Origin: Minisyncoccota bacterium
GTDB lineage: Bacteria > Patescibacteriota > Minisyncoccia > Phycocordibacterales > JACRKE01
DNA length: 64,000 nucleotides
Direction of reading: 5' to 3'
Assembly: GCA_041660505.1 (NCBI GenBank)
Contig: JBAZWG010000001.1
Location: 179,979 to 243,978 of the forward strand
Each line of letters starts with the position of its first letter. Positions within the stretch are counted from its first letter, which is position 1. The position numbers and the translations under genes were made by a program. The notes under the pieces are model-generated. The model worked only from the letters and a program-made list of their open reading frames with translations. It did no database searches and had not been told where the DNA came from. Of the stretch, positions 28,193 to 37,555 are shown one piece after another.

Positions 28193-30133
28193 ATGGAACC
28201 ACAGCAACCAAAAAAATTCGTGCCCCAAGCGGCACGCGCGTTCGTTTCTGATGCACCTGCCCGCCATACCTTCGGCAAGTCGATGGCAGGCGGGCCAGCG
28301 CCACGGCGCGCGCCGATGCGTAAACAAACGTCCGTACGTCCGCGCCGAGAGCGTGGTCCGCAACACCGCTCACAACCGGCAAGCAGTCGACCGCACCATG
28401 AACGACATGACCAGGGTGAAGAAGAAAAGAAAAAGAAGGTGATCATTCCGCCGCTCGCGACGGACAGTATCCGCATCATTCCCTTGGGAGGCGTAGAGGG
28501 TGTCGGCATGAACATGACCGTCGTCGAATTTAATGGCGACATCTTCATTGTGGACGCTGGCTTCATGTTCCCAGGCGAGGACTCCCCCGGCGTCGACTAC
28601 ATCATCCCCGATGTCACCTATCTCGAAGAACGCAAGGATAAGATTCGTGGCATCTTCATCACCCACGGCCACTTGGACCACATCGGCAGTCTCCCTTACA
28701 TCATGCAAAAGTTGGGCAACCCGCCGGTCTACACGCGCCTCTTCGGCGCTATGATGATTAAGAAGCGCCAGGCCGAATTCCCCCAGATCCCGATGCCGGA
28801 CCTGCGCATCGTCGAGACCAACAGTCGCGTCAAGGCCGGCAATACTTACGTAAGGTTCTCTAACGTCACCCATACGATTCCGGATTCGATGTGCATAATT
28901 ATAGAGAGTCCTTGGGGCAATCTGCTCTTCATGGGCGATCTCAAGGTAGACCACATCGACCAAGTACCGCTGCCATCGGAGGTCAAGCTCTACACCGAGC
29001 TCGGCAAAGAGAATAATCTCTTCATGGCCGGCGACTCGACCAATACCCACAAGCCCGGCTGGTCCGACTCCGAGACGACAGTGCGCGAGAACTTGCGCGA
29101 GATCGTCCGTACCGCCAAGGGCCGCCTCATCATGGGTACCTTCGCGTCACTAGTCGACCGCGTTATTTACGTCATCACCGAGGCGGAGAAGATGGGCAAG
29201 AAGGTGATTATCGATGGCCGCGGCATGCGTGAATCAATTGAGATCGCTACCGAGCTTGGCCGAGTCAAGATGCAACCGGGCACAATAATCCCCGTAGAGG
29301 AAGTCGACAACTATCCGCCCGATCGCATCCTCATCATGGCGACCGGCGCGCAGGCGGATGAATATTCATCTCTCCAACGCATGTCGATCAAGACGCACAA
29401 ATATCTCAAGCTCCACAAAGGCGACACCATCGTGCTGTCGTCATCCGTAATTCCTGGCAACGAGAAGGGTGTGGAAATCTTGAAGGACAACCTCTCCCGC
29501 CAAGGTGCCAAGATAATCCATTATCGTCTCAAAGACGTGCACTCTTCCGGCCACGCCTACGGCGACGAGGCGACGTGGTTATACAAAATGGTCAAACCCA
29601 AATTCTTTATGCCGGTGCACGGTGGCCACTACATGCTCCGCATGCACGAGGAGGTGGCCATCGGCGCGGGCATCAAGCCCGAGAACATCGCCGTGCCGGA
29701 CAACGGTTCGATTGTCGAAATAACGGGTGGTGGTAAGAAGATTCATATATTAAAAGAAAAAGCACCGATAGACATGGTCATGGTGGACGCCATGGGCGAT
29801 GGCGCCGGCGTGCACGAGCTGGTCATCCGTGACCGCAAGGTCTTGGCCGAGGACGGCATGTTCGTCATCATCGCAACAATCGACGTCAAGACCGGCAAGC
29901 TCCGCCAATCCCCCGACATCATCTCGCGCGGCTTCGTCTATCTTAAAGAATCGCGCGAATTGTTAAAAGAAGTCCGCGGCCTCATTAAGAAGACAATAGA
30001 AAGTGTGACGGTAGATATGCACCCAATAAATATAGACTACGTGAAAAATCTGGTCAGAGAAAAAACCGGCCGCTTCCTCCTCCAAAAAACCCGCAAGCGC
30101 CCGATAATCCTGCCGGTCTTAATCGAGGTGTAA
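28193..30133 (+). CDS. rnj: ribonuclease J
   Basis: Metallo-beta-lactamase motif HGHLDHIG plus beta-CASP and RMMBL regions. There is an approximately 90-aa Arg/His-rich low-complexity N-terminal extension. Confidence 0.9.
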   Translation: MEPQQPKKFVPQAARAFVSDAPARHTFGKSMAGGPAPRRAPMRKQTSVRPRRERGPQHRSQPASSRPHHERHDQGEEEKKKKVIIPPLATDSIRIIPLGGVEGVGMNMTVVEFNGDIFIVDAGFMFPGEDSPGVDYIIPDVTYLEERKDKIRGIFITHGHLDHIGSLPYIMQKLGNPPVYTRLFGAMMIKKRQAEFPQIPMPDLRIVETNSRVKAGNTYVRFSNVTHTIPDSMCIIIESPWGNLLFMGDLKVDHIDQVPLPSEVKLYTELGKENNLFMAGDSTNTHKPGWSDSETTVRENLREIVRTAKGRLIMGTFASLVDRVIYVITEAEKMGKKVIIDGRGMRESIEIATELGRVKMQPGTIIPVEEVDNYPPDRILIMATGAQADEYSSLQRMSIKTHKYLKLHKGDTIVLSSSVIPGNEKGVEILKDNLSRQGAKIIHYRLKDVHSSGHAYGDEATWLYKMVKPKFFMPVHGGHYMLRMHEEVAIGAGIKPENIAVPDNGSIVEITGGGKKIHILKEKAPIDMVMVDAMGDGAGVHELVIRDRKVLAEDGMFVIIATIDVKTGKLRQSPDIISRGFVYLKESRELLKEVRGLIKKTIESVTVDMHPINIDYVKNLVREKTGRFLLQKTRKRPIILPVLIEV

Positions 30134-30196
30134 CTTGGAAGCTAAGCTTCCAAGCGGGGTCCGACGCTTGGCATCTGGGAGCCCGACGCCGAGCGT

Positions 30197-31159
30197 CTAA
30201 AGCATTTCCTGTAACTTCTGTGTATTTCCGTGCTTTAGCAACCCGAGATAGGATTGCAGGGTAGCTGGATTGTGTAGCTTTTTCTGCAAGTTTCTAAACA
30301 TCCGTTTCTTCGTCGTCGTGCGCAGTACCCGGTGATCGGGAAAATGCACCCATCCCAGGAAGTCGACGCCAGAAGCAAGTGTAGCGATAGAAACCTTGTT
30401 CGGATGCAATGAAAGCTTGAGCATTATATTCAGAAAATCAGAAATTTGGGGAATGAGTTGTTCGAGTAATGTTTTGTCATCAGAAAGAAAGACAAAATCA
30501 TCTGCATAACGAATGTAATGCTTTACTTTTAGTTTGTGTTTCACATACTGATCGAACTCGTCCATGTAAATATTCACTAAAAGTTGCGAGGTCAGATTAC
30601 CGAGCGGCAGACCGGTTTGAAAACTTGAAATTACTTTCTCAAGCAACCACTGGACGTTCTCGTCAGAAATATATTCTGCAAGAATGCTAAAAATAATCTG
30701 GTGGTTGATGTTCGCAAAGAACTTGCGTATGTCGCATTTGAGTACCCAGCAGGTACGGGTATTATTCTTGGACATCCGATGTCCAAATTCTTCAAATCGC
30801 TTGAGTGCCTTGTGAGTTCCCTTTCGTAACCGACAAGAGTATGAGTCAGATATAAAAGTCCCGTCGAAGAAGGGATAGAGTTTGCGGTAGAGCGCGTGAT
30901 GTAATAACCTGTCGCGCACCGACGCCTTATGAATATCGCGAGGCTTGGGGTCATTAATTTTGAAGTGCTCATAGTGGCCGTGCATATAGGTAAAACTTTT
31001 CAATTCTCGATGAAGAGTCAAGATATTGTGCAGTAAATGTAACTGAAAAACTTGCACGTCGGCTTTCGTCTTTTTATCTCGAACAAAGTTTTGCCACGCA
31101 AATAACAAATTCTTTACGGAAATGATCTCTTCATAGCTAGTTGTAAACTTTTTTCTCAT
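30197..31159 (-). CDS. DGR reverse transcriptase
   Basis: RT motifs in order: RPRDIHKASVRDRLLHHAL, CDIRKFFANINH, GLPLGNLTSQLLVNIYM (the DGR-type [LI]GxxxSQ signature replacing QGxxxSP) and YIRYADDFVFL. 320 aa, with no maturase or endonuclease domains. Confidence 0.85.
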   Translation of the reverse strand: MRKKFTTSYEEIISVKNLLFAWQNFVRDKKTKADVQVFQLHLLHNILTLHRELKSFTYMHGHYEHFKINDPKPRDIHKASVRDRLLHHALYRKLYPFFDGTFISDSYSCRLRKGTHKALKRFEEFGHRMSKNNTRTCWVLKCDIRKFFANINHQIIFSILAEYISDENVQWLLEKVISSFQTGLPLGNLTSQLLVNIYMDEFDQYVKHKLKVKHYIRYADDFVFLSDDKTLLEQLIPQISDFLNIMLKLSLHPNKVSIATLASGVDFLGWVHFPDHRVLRTTTKKRMFRNLQKKLHNPATLQSYLGLLKHGNTQKLQEML

Positions 31160-31202
31160 ATGGTAGCTTTTTTAATTATGCAAAATCAAAACCTTAAAAG
31201 TA

Positions 31203-31213
31203 CCCCCCCCCCC
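31203..31213. repeat. homopolymeric C11 tract (G11 on the RT strand)
   Basis: taCCCCCCCCCCCgcaac, 44-54 nt upstream of the RT ATG, in the divergent RT/avd intergenic region. Confidence 0.9.
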
Positions 31214-31281
31214 GCAACACCCTGCCGCTTATTACGAAAGTAAAAGCAGTCTATATTTTGTGGCTTCCGGTTCATAAGAAT

Positions 31282-31584
31282 ATGCCAAGGCTCGAACGAT
31301 TTGGCCTTGGCGCGACCATCGAGAAAACTTTTCTTGATCTGCTCAATACGCTTCGCAAAGCTGCCTACGCAGACACGACTCATAAGTTACCGTTGCTTGA
31401 AGAAGCGATTGACGCGGTAGACTGCTTACGTTTCTTTTTACAGCTCGCATGGGAAACCAAGACTATCTCGCACAAACATCTTGCAATCATCGGCGAAGGC
31501 ATCGAGGAAGTTGGGCGCATGATCGGCGGATGGCGAAAAGGCCTGCTTACGAAAACCTCCACAACGCGTGCGGAGGAAAGATAA
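31282..31584 (+). CDS. avd: DGR accessory variability determinant (Avd)-like four-helix-bundle protein
   Basis: ORF 31258..31584 with likely start MPRLERFGLG. Motifs LRFFLQLAW and EEVGRMIGGWRKG resemble bAvd (LRFWLRFLA / AEVGRILGSW) as recalled. The gene is on the opposite strand from the RT and TR. Confidence 0.6.
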   Translation: MPRLERFGLGATIEKTFLDLLNTLRKAAYADTTHKLPLLEEAIDAVDCLRFFLQLAWETKTISHKHLAIIGEGIEEVGRMIGGWRKGLLTKTSTTRAEER

Positions 31585-31588
31585 GGGT

Positions 31589-31693
31589 AGCGGGAGACGA
31601 CCTGATTGCCGTCGTTCCACCTGTTCGGGTTCTCGACCGAGTTCGCGTTGACGTTCCAGCCGTTGCCGGAGTTCCAGTTCGCGTTCACGACCC
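31589..31693 (-). repeat. DGR1 template repeat (TR)
   Basis: 105-nt match to 32058-32162. All 17 mismatches are T on the plus strand here (A on minus). TT doublets correspond to AAC (Asn) codons in minus sense. Confidence 0.8.
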
Positions 31694-32055
31694 AGAGAAA
31701 CAAGCGCCACGCACCGTGCAGACTGCCATCCGTGCCACTGTTCTTTGAGTTCTTTTGGAATACTCGCCGAGCTGTATCGTGTCTGGGACATTCAAAGTCC
31801 GCCAGCAATCTGCACCGATCCTCACTCTTTTTTAGAGCTTGCTGTATCCACACTTGGTGCAGGCGTACCCGCACTAATTCTCGAATACAGGGATGCGAGG
31901 CCCTCTGCACAAGCCGTAGCCGGTGCAATGGAGTGGCCTTAACTTGAGAAGCTAGCATATGTAGATAAAAAACAAAACCCCCCGATACCTGCCGCCAAAG
32001 CGACAAAGTGTCAGAGGGCTTAAGAAGAAAGAATAAGTGACCGAGGTAAACAGGA

Positions 32056-32787
32056 TCAGCGGGAGACGACCTGAAGGCCGACGCTCCACCTGAGCGGGCC
32101 CTCGACCGAGCGCGCGAGGACGTACCAGCCGTTGCCGGAGTCCCAGCCCGCGCTCACGAACCAGAGAACGCCATTTTCGTCCTCGACATACGCGATGTTC
32201 GCGTAGCCGTTGACGAGGAGCGGGCCAGTCTCTCCGCGGGGCTGCTGCAACAGCATACCCCAGAAGTGGGCTAGCTTGATGACCCGGCGAGCTTCATCGA
32301 GCTCGCTCATGATTTCGGGATCGAGTGAGGAACGGAGGAGGGTGTGGCAGCGCAGCTCGGCCTTCTCGACGTCGGTCTCGATCTTGTTCGAGAAGTTCGC
32401 CTTGAAGTTGTCGCCCAGGTAGTAGATCTGGACGGCGGCCTTCGCGGAGGTGTCGAGCTTGAAGTGCTTCTTCACTTCGAACTTGTCGTAGGACGGCACG
32501 ATGGTCGTGCCTTCGACGAGCTTGAGCCGCGGCTGCGCGGGCGGTGCGGATGGCGAGACAACCTCGGGCTTGACGACGAGCGTCTTGCCCGAGTTGATGG
32601 CTGCACACGCGTCCGCCATCTGTTCCCGCACGGACTTCTTGTCCTTGTGCGCGAGCGCCGCCTGTTGCTCAGGCGTAAGCTTGCCGAGGAGTTCGGCGGC
32701 GAGGAGGAGTCGCGCATTTGCGATCTTCCCCGCGAGGTCGTAGGACGCTCCGCGTCCTCGGGTGTCGGGCAATCCCTTTCTGGGCAT
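32056..32787 (-). CDS. DGR1 target protein (C-type-lectin-like C-terminus carrying VR)
   Basis: Start set at MPRKGLPD, with SD GGAAGGAGGTG 5 nt upstream. The C-terminus ...WFVSAGWDSGNGWYVLARSVEGPLRWSVGLQVVSR is encoded by the VR and ends at the stop. No signal peptide. Confidence 0.7.
   Translation of the reverse strand: MPRKGLPDTRGRGASYDLAGKIANARLLLAAELLGKLTPEQQAALAHKDKKSVREQMADACAAINSGKTLVVKPEVVSPSAPPAQPRLKLVEGTTIVPSYDKFEVKKHFKLDTSAKAAVQIYYLGDNFKANFSNKIETDVEKAELRCHTLLRSSLDPEIMSELDEARRVIKLAHFWGMLLQQPRGETGPLLVNGYANIAYVEDENGVLWFVSAGWDSGNGWYVLARSVEGPLRWSVGLQVVSR
32058..32162 (-). repeat. DGR1 variable repeat (VR)
   Basis: Homologous to TR1, with A/G/C at the 17 positions where TR1 has T (plus strand). 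It abuts the target stop codon. Confidence 0.8.
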
Positions 32788-32981
32788 TGGACACCTCCTT
32801 CCCACACAGCGGTGGGGTACACGGTAAATGATAGTCTTGCAACCGAGCAAGTATCATTAACCGCGATCACTTATCGGTTTTCAATATAGCGAAGCTGCCG
32901 TATAATTTAGCATACTCTTTCGATATATGTCAATAGCAGTTATCCAGAACTAATTTTGTCACCGCGCGATATAATAGAGAT

Positions 32982-34157
32982 ATGACCAAAGCTGTTTCGG
33001 GCAAGCTTCTGCAATTTGTTTATGCGAGTAATTTTTTCTATGGCCTTCATTTCGCGCTCGTTGTCTATGTGCTCTCCACCTACATTGCAAGCTATATCGG
33101 CGAGACTTATGTGGGACTGGTTTATGCGAGCATCGCGCTTATCTCGATATTCTTCTCGCTTAATTTCTTCCGTCTAATCAATTGGTTGGGGCATCGCAAG
33201 CTCACTCTTATACTTTTTGCTGTTACAATACTTTCGTCGCTTGCACTTGCGTTCTCGTCAGATGCCGTTACAGCCATAATCTTCGTTGTTATCTATTCTG
33301 TCGCGGAATTCCTGCTTCTTATCGCCTTCGATCTTGCTGTCGAGAAGTTGTCGAATGACGCAACCACCGGCAATATCCGCGGAGTTTACTTGACCATGTA
33401 CAACCTGGCCTTCGTCGCCGGCCCGCTTATCACAGGCAGTATTATCGGCAATGATAGCTACCCTCTCATGTTCGTCACGGCCGCGTTAATTTTATTACCG
33501 TCCCTTGCTATCTGCATCTTCGGCCTTAAAGGCCTCCCGGAGATAAAGCCTCGCGACCACCATCTGCGCGATGGCTTACGCGTACTGAACAGGAATGTTA
33601 ACATTCGCAAGATATTCATTTCGACATTTGTACTCGAATTTTTCTATACCTGGATGACAATCTACACGCCGCTCTATTTGCATCAATACGCAGGATTTGC
33701 CTGGAGCGATATCGGCTTTATCTTTATGATTATGCTCCTGCCTTTTGTGTTCTTTGAGCTACCTCTTGGTGTCATCGCCGACAGATATTTGGGCGAGCAA
33801 GAGATACTCACCGCCGGGTTCATAATCGCCGCAGTATCCACGGCCGGGCTCTACTTCCTCGGATACACAAGCATCGTCCCGTGGGCGGCGCTCTTATTCC
33901 TCACCCGCACCGGTGCCTCGGCGATAGAGATAATGAACGAGACTTATTTCTTCAAACAGATTGGCCCGCGCGACGCTGGTGTCATCGCTTTCTTCCGCAA
34001 CGCCCGCCAGTTTAATTATATTGTCGCACCAATCGTCGCGATTATTTTGCTTCAGATTATGCCGATGCAAGGACTATTTCTGGCGCTTGGTATCGTAATG
34101 CTCGTAGGCGCATATAACGCCTCTTCGCTTCAGGATACCGAACCGTCAAGAGCTTAG
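32982..34157 (+). CDS. MFS transporter
   Basis: 391 aa with 12 predicted TM helices in the MFS arrangement. Confidence 0.8.
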   Translation: MTKAVSGKLLQFVYASNFFYGLHFALVVYVLSTYIASYIGETYVGLVYASIALISIFFSLNFFRLINWLGHRKLTLILFAVTILSSLALAFSSDAVTAIIFVVIYSVAEFLLLIAFDLAVEKLSNDATTGNIRGVYLTMYNLAFVAGPLITGSIIGNDSYPLMFVTAALILLPSLAICIFGLKGLPEIKPRDHHLRDGLRVLNRNVNIRKIFISTFVLEFFYTWMTIYTPLYLHQYAGFAWSDIGFIFMIMLLPFVFFELPLGVIADRYLGEQEILTAGFIIAAVSTAGLYFLGYTSIVPWAALLFLTRTGASAIEIMNETYFFKQIGPRDAGVIAFFRNARQFNYIVAPIVAIILLQIMPMQGLFLALGIVMLVGAYNASSLQDTEPSRA

Positions 34158-34172
34158 TCTTTATTTCTTCGT

Positions 34173-34649
34173 CTATTCTATTACCTTTTCTTCGAAATAA
34201 GAGACTACGCCCAATATTATAATAGCGAGGACAGCAGAAAATGTGGCGAGAATATAATATCCGAGCCCGCAGGCCATTCCGACACCGGCAGTTGCCCAGA
34301 GCCCGGCCGCGGTGGTAAGACCGTTCATGTGTTCGTGTTTCAAGAAAATGAGACCGGTACCAATGAAGCCAATACCGGAGATGACGGTGGCCAGAACATT
34401 CGCAAGAGCAATGGATGAAACGGGTATCGATGTTAAAGCAACCTGTTCGCCGATGATTGCAAAGAGAGCCGCCGCAAGTGCGATAAGTGAAAAAGTGCGC
34501 ATCCCGGCCGTCTTGTGCGCCAAAGACCGTTCCGTACCGATAAGTAAACCGAGTAATGCCGCAACAACAAGTCTAATAAAAAGCTCGTAGGTTCCGGCGT
34601 CAATGAGAAATTCTTGTATCATGGCTATAGTATATCGCGAAGACGGCAA
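34173..34649 (-). CDS. MgtC/SapB family membrane protein
   Basis: 158 aa. The MgtC N-domain signature LLGLLIGTERSLAHKTAGMRTFSLIALAAALF is present. Confidence 0.75.
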   Translation of the reverse strand: MPSSRYTIAMIQEFLIDAGTYELFIRLVVAALLGLLIGTERSLAHKTAGMRTFSLIALAAALFAIIGEQVALTSIPVSSIALANVLATVISGIGFIGTGLIFLKHEHMNGLTTAAGLWATAGVGMACGLGYYILATFSAVLAIIILGVVSYFEEKVIE

Positions 34650-37555
34650 TATTCACACTGTTTATCCCCACATCTTTTCTGCCAGAACGACAGGTTTAGT
34701 ATCTCGTTGGCGACCCGCGCAACTTCTTCTTCTAATTTCGATACTTCTTCTTTAGTTATCGTGAAGACTTCTTTTTTGTATTTGCCGATATTCTTGCCTG
34801 CCTGCCGGCGAGGCAGGTCCGGGATAATAAAGTCTATCATGCCGGTCTGCATATTATATTTCTCCTCTTCGTATCTGTCTAACAGAAGTTTATAAAACAC
34901 CAACTGGCGGTGATAATCCCCTTCGGAATTCTTAGTTTTACCCAAGATTTCATTTCGGGATTTAATCTTGCCGGTTTTATAGTCCACTACGTTTACGGCT
35001 CCGTCTGTTATTTCGAGTTTATCGAGTTTGCCAGTCAGTCTTAATTCGCCATCTCCGACCGGAAACATAACGTCTATAGGAAATTCATTTTTTATATCTC
35101 TAGCCCAAGAGTTTTTGTACGCGTCATAATAACCGGATATGGCATCTTTGCCATTTTTCTTTATCTCTGTTAATTCTTTATCGGTGAAATATTCTTTCTC
35201 AAGTTCCCTGTCCAGAGTCTCCAGCAATTCTTTCTTACCCATGTCTTCTTGAACACGATACTTATCGAAGAATTTCTTAAGTGTTGCGTGCACCGCGTTG
35301 CCGAACATGAGCGAGCTGTTCTGCGGCTCGGGAATGCGCAAGAGATTGCGATAGAAATATTTCCACGGACAAGACAGGTAATTATTAAGGCCAGTAACCG
35401 CAAGACCTCTCTCTGATAGCGTCTCGCGCACAAAATCCTGGATATCTTTTCTCGTTTGCGACGTTACAGTCGGCACCAGTATCTGCGCCACTCGTCCCAC
35501 AAGACCGCCTTGTGTAATAGCACACAAGGCGGTCTTGTGTAATAACTTCTCTGGCAGGTCCGCGATAAATCTGCTAGGCAGGAGTGTCGCTCCGTCTTCG
35601 CGCGAAGTTGCGTAGCTTATAGTGAGCTCTTTTTTCGCCCGCGTCATTGCGACGAAAAACAGTTTGCGCTCGTCCGCCTCCTCTTCTTCTTTGGTCGAGG
35701 CAACAATCCCCGGGATTTTGAATACCGTTCGGCTCGCTCGCCCGCCCCAGTTGCCTTCTACGACGCCCGTTATATACACGTGTTCATATTCAAGACCCTT
35801 TGCTTTATGAGCGGTCATTACGAGGACGCGTCCGGCTCGTCTCGTGCCTACGCGACTTTCGAGGACGTTATACTCATCAAGCAAGGATAACACTTTCGCG
35901 ATGTCTTTGATCCGAGCCGAACGGTGAGTTTTAGTATAATCTTCCAGATACGTCAATAAGCGCGCGAGCTTATCCAGCTCTGTGTCTGCATCCGAGTGGG
36001 CAATAAATTGGTTTAACAAGCCTGACTCGCGCAGAATATTAGAGATGAGTTCTGCCGGTGATACGTTCGCGCCAACCTTGGCCCACGAAAGGATAAGTTG
36101 GCGCGCGCGTTCTATCTCGCCTCCCGCACGGACGCGCCATGCCGATATTTTTTTTCTCCGCGCCTCTCGCGCGAGCTCGTATATCTCGAGCTCGTTTATA
36201 TTAAAGCAATCAAGATGCAGAGCCGAGATAAGCGCGAAGTCTTCACCAACTTGCGCCGCCGCATTGAACAAAATCAGCAGTTTCTCTATCAGCGGATCGT
36301 CAAGAATATCTTCCTTTGTTTCTACGGACAAAGCGACGCCGCTCCTTGCAAGCGCCGCCGCATATTGCCCGAGCTCTTTATTGGTGCGGGTAAAGATTGC
36401 GATTTCTTCGGGATTTACGCCTGATTTTATCTTTTTAGAAATTTCTTGTGCAATACAATCTGCTTCGTCCGGCACACTCGCACATTCGTATACCTTTATA
36501 AAAGACTCTTTACGCTTTGCCTTAGCAACAAGATCGGCTCCGGCAATATCCAAAATATTCTGCGTCGAGCGATAATTTTCGGTCAGTGTTATTATCTTCG
36601 CGTCTGGATATTGTTTCTTAAAATTAGTAAAGTTTTCGTGCGAGGCGCCTTGGAATCTGTATATTGCCTGCTTCTCATCGCCGACAATGAATATATTGGG
36701 AGAATCATGAAAGTCTGCGAGCAAATCAAGCACTCTGTTCTGCGCGCCGTTGCCATCCTGATACTCATCGGCAAGCAGATATTGGTACTCCTCTTGCAGA
36801 ATAAGCTTCAAATTTTTATTTGTCTCGAGCGCCGTCACAAGCGCGAGTATCATATCCTCGTAGTCATAGAATAAACTATCGGCGAGTGCTTCTTCATATT
36901 TTTTATAGAGCAAGGCGAGTTCGCGATTCTTAATTATCGCTTCCTCGCGCTTTTGATATTCACCTTTTACTTTGCCTTTATGCGGGCCTTTAATATGTCT
37001 GTAGTCATCTGCCTTTCTGATTACCTGTTCTTCTTTTTTTAAACGAGCGAGAAGTTCACGCGGACTTATGATCTCACGTTTGAGTAAAGAAATTGCCGAA
37101 AGCGTTTTTTGCAGATAGTGGTATGGCGCTCTGTGCGAAGCAAGATGTTCAAGATCGGCAATATCAAAGACTTTTTGCATCAGCAAAATGCGGTCGAGTT
37201 CTGAACATGGCCGCGAGCCCGCCAAGTCGGGGAAATGCTCCGAAAAGCGATTAATCACTTCATTCGCGAACCCGTGGAAGGTAAAAATGGGCACGCGGTA
37301 TGCCGTAACGCCGATTATGGAGACCAGACGCTCGCGCATCGCGGTAACACCGGCATCGGTAAAGGTGAGCGCCAAAATCTGCTCCGGCGCCGTGTCGGTC
37401 TTCTTTAGGATATTCGCAATGCGAAGAGTCAGTATTTGGGTCTTGCCGGTACCGGGGCCGGCCACAACCATCACCGGACCTTCTATATTATCTACAGCAC
37501 TTCTCTGTGCTTTATTCAGTTTTTTGTATATTTCGGTGAAGATTTTAGATGCCAA
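34625..37555 (-). CDS. UvrD/PcrA-type helicase fused to a C-terminal PD-(D/E)XK (RecB/Cas4-like) nuclease (AddA-like)
   Basis: Walker A AGPGTGKTQILT, UvrD motifs and a C-terminal DYKTGK...QLVFYKLLL nuclease core with Cys cluster CGDKQCEYC. A perfect 17-bp inverted repeat is embedded in-frame at 35508-35549. Confidence 0.7.
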   Translation of the reverse strand: MASKIFTEIYKKLNKAQRSAVDNIEGPVMVVAGPGTGKTQILTLRIANILKKTDTAPEQILALTFTDAGVTAMRERLVSIIGVTAYRVPIFTFHGFANEVINRFSEHFPDLAGSRPCSELDRILLMQKVFDIADLEHLASHRAPYHYLQKTLSAISLLKREIISPRELLARLKKEEQVIRKADDYRHIKGPHKGKVKGEYQKREEAIIKNRELALLYKKYEEALADSLFYDYEDMILALVTALETNKNLKLILQEEYQYLLADEYQDGNGAQNRVLDLLADFHDSPNIFIVGDEKQAIYRFQGASHENFTNFKKQYPDAKIITLTENYRSTQNILDIAGADLVAKAKRKESFIKVYECASVPDEADCIAQEISKKIKSGVNPEEIAIFTRTNKELGQYAAALARSGVALSVETKEDILDDPLIEKLLILFNAAAQVGEDFALISALHLDCFNINELEIYELAREARRKKISAWRVRAGGEIERARQLILSWAKVGANVSPAELISNILRESGLLNQFIAHSDADTELDKLARLLTYLEDYTKTHRSARIKDIAKVLSLLDEYNVLESRVGTRRAGRVLVMTAHKAKGLEYEHVYITGVVEGNWGGRASRTVFKIPGIVASTKEEEEADERKLFFVAMTRAKKELTISYATSREDGATLLPSRFIADLPEKLLHKTALCAITQGGLVGRVAQILVPTVTSQTRKDIQDFVRETLSERGLAVTGLNNYLSCPWKYFYRNLLRIPEPQNSSLMFGNAVHATLKKFFDKYRVQEDMGKKELLETLDRELEKEYFTDKELTEIKKNGKDAISGYYDAYKNSWARDIKNEFPIDVMFPVGDGELRLTGKLDKLEITDGAVNVVDYKTGKIKSRNEILGKTKNSEGDYHRQLVFYKLLLDRYEEEKYNMQTGMIDFIIPDLPRRQAGKNIGKYKKEVFTITKEEVSKLEEEVARVANEILNLSFWQKRCGDKQCEYCRLRDIL

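Larger units (their letters stand above)
30197..32850 (-). mobile_element. diversity-generating retroelement 1 (RT, divergent avd, TR, target gene with 3' VR)
   Basis: See the component features. TR and VR differ only at TR adenines. Confidence 0.8.

Noticed and set aside
31380-32006. Minus-strand ORFs 31380..32006 and 31438..31791 and plus-strand ORFs over 32210..32889
   Set aside because: They overlap the non-coding TR (Asn-rich AAC run) and the high-GC DGR target region. These are alternative frames with no domain signal.
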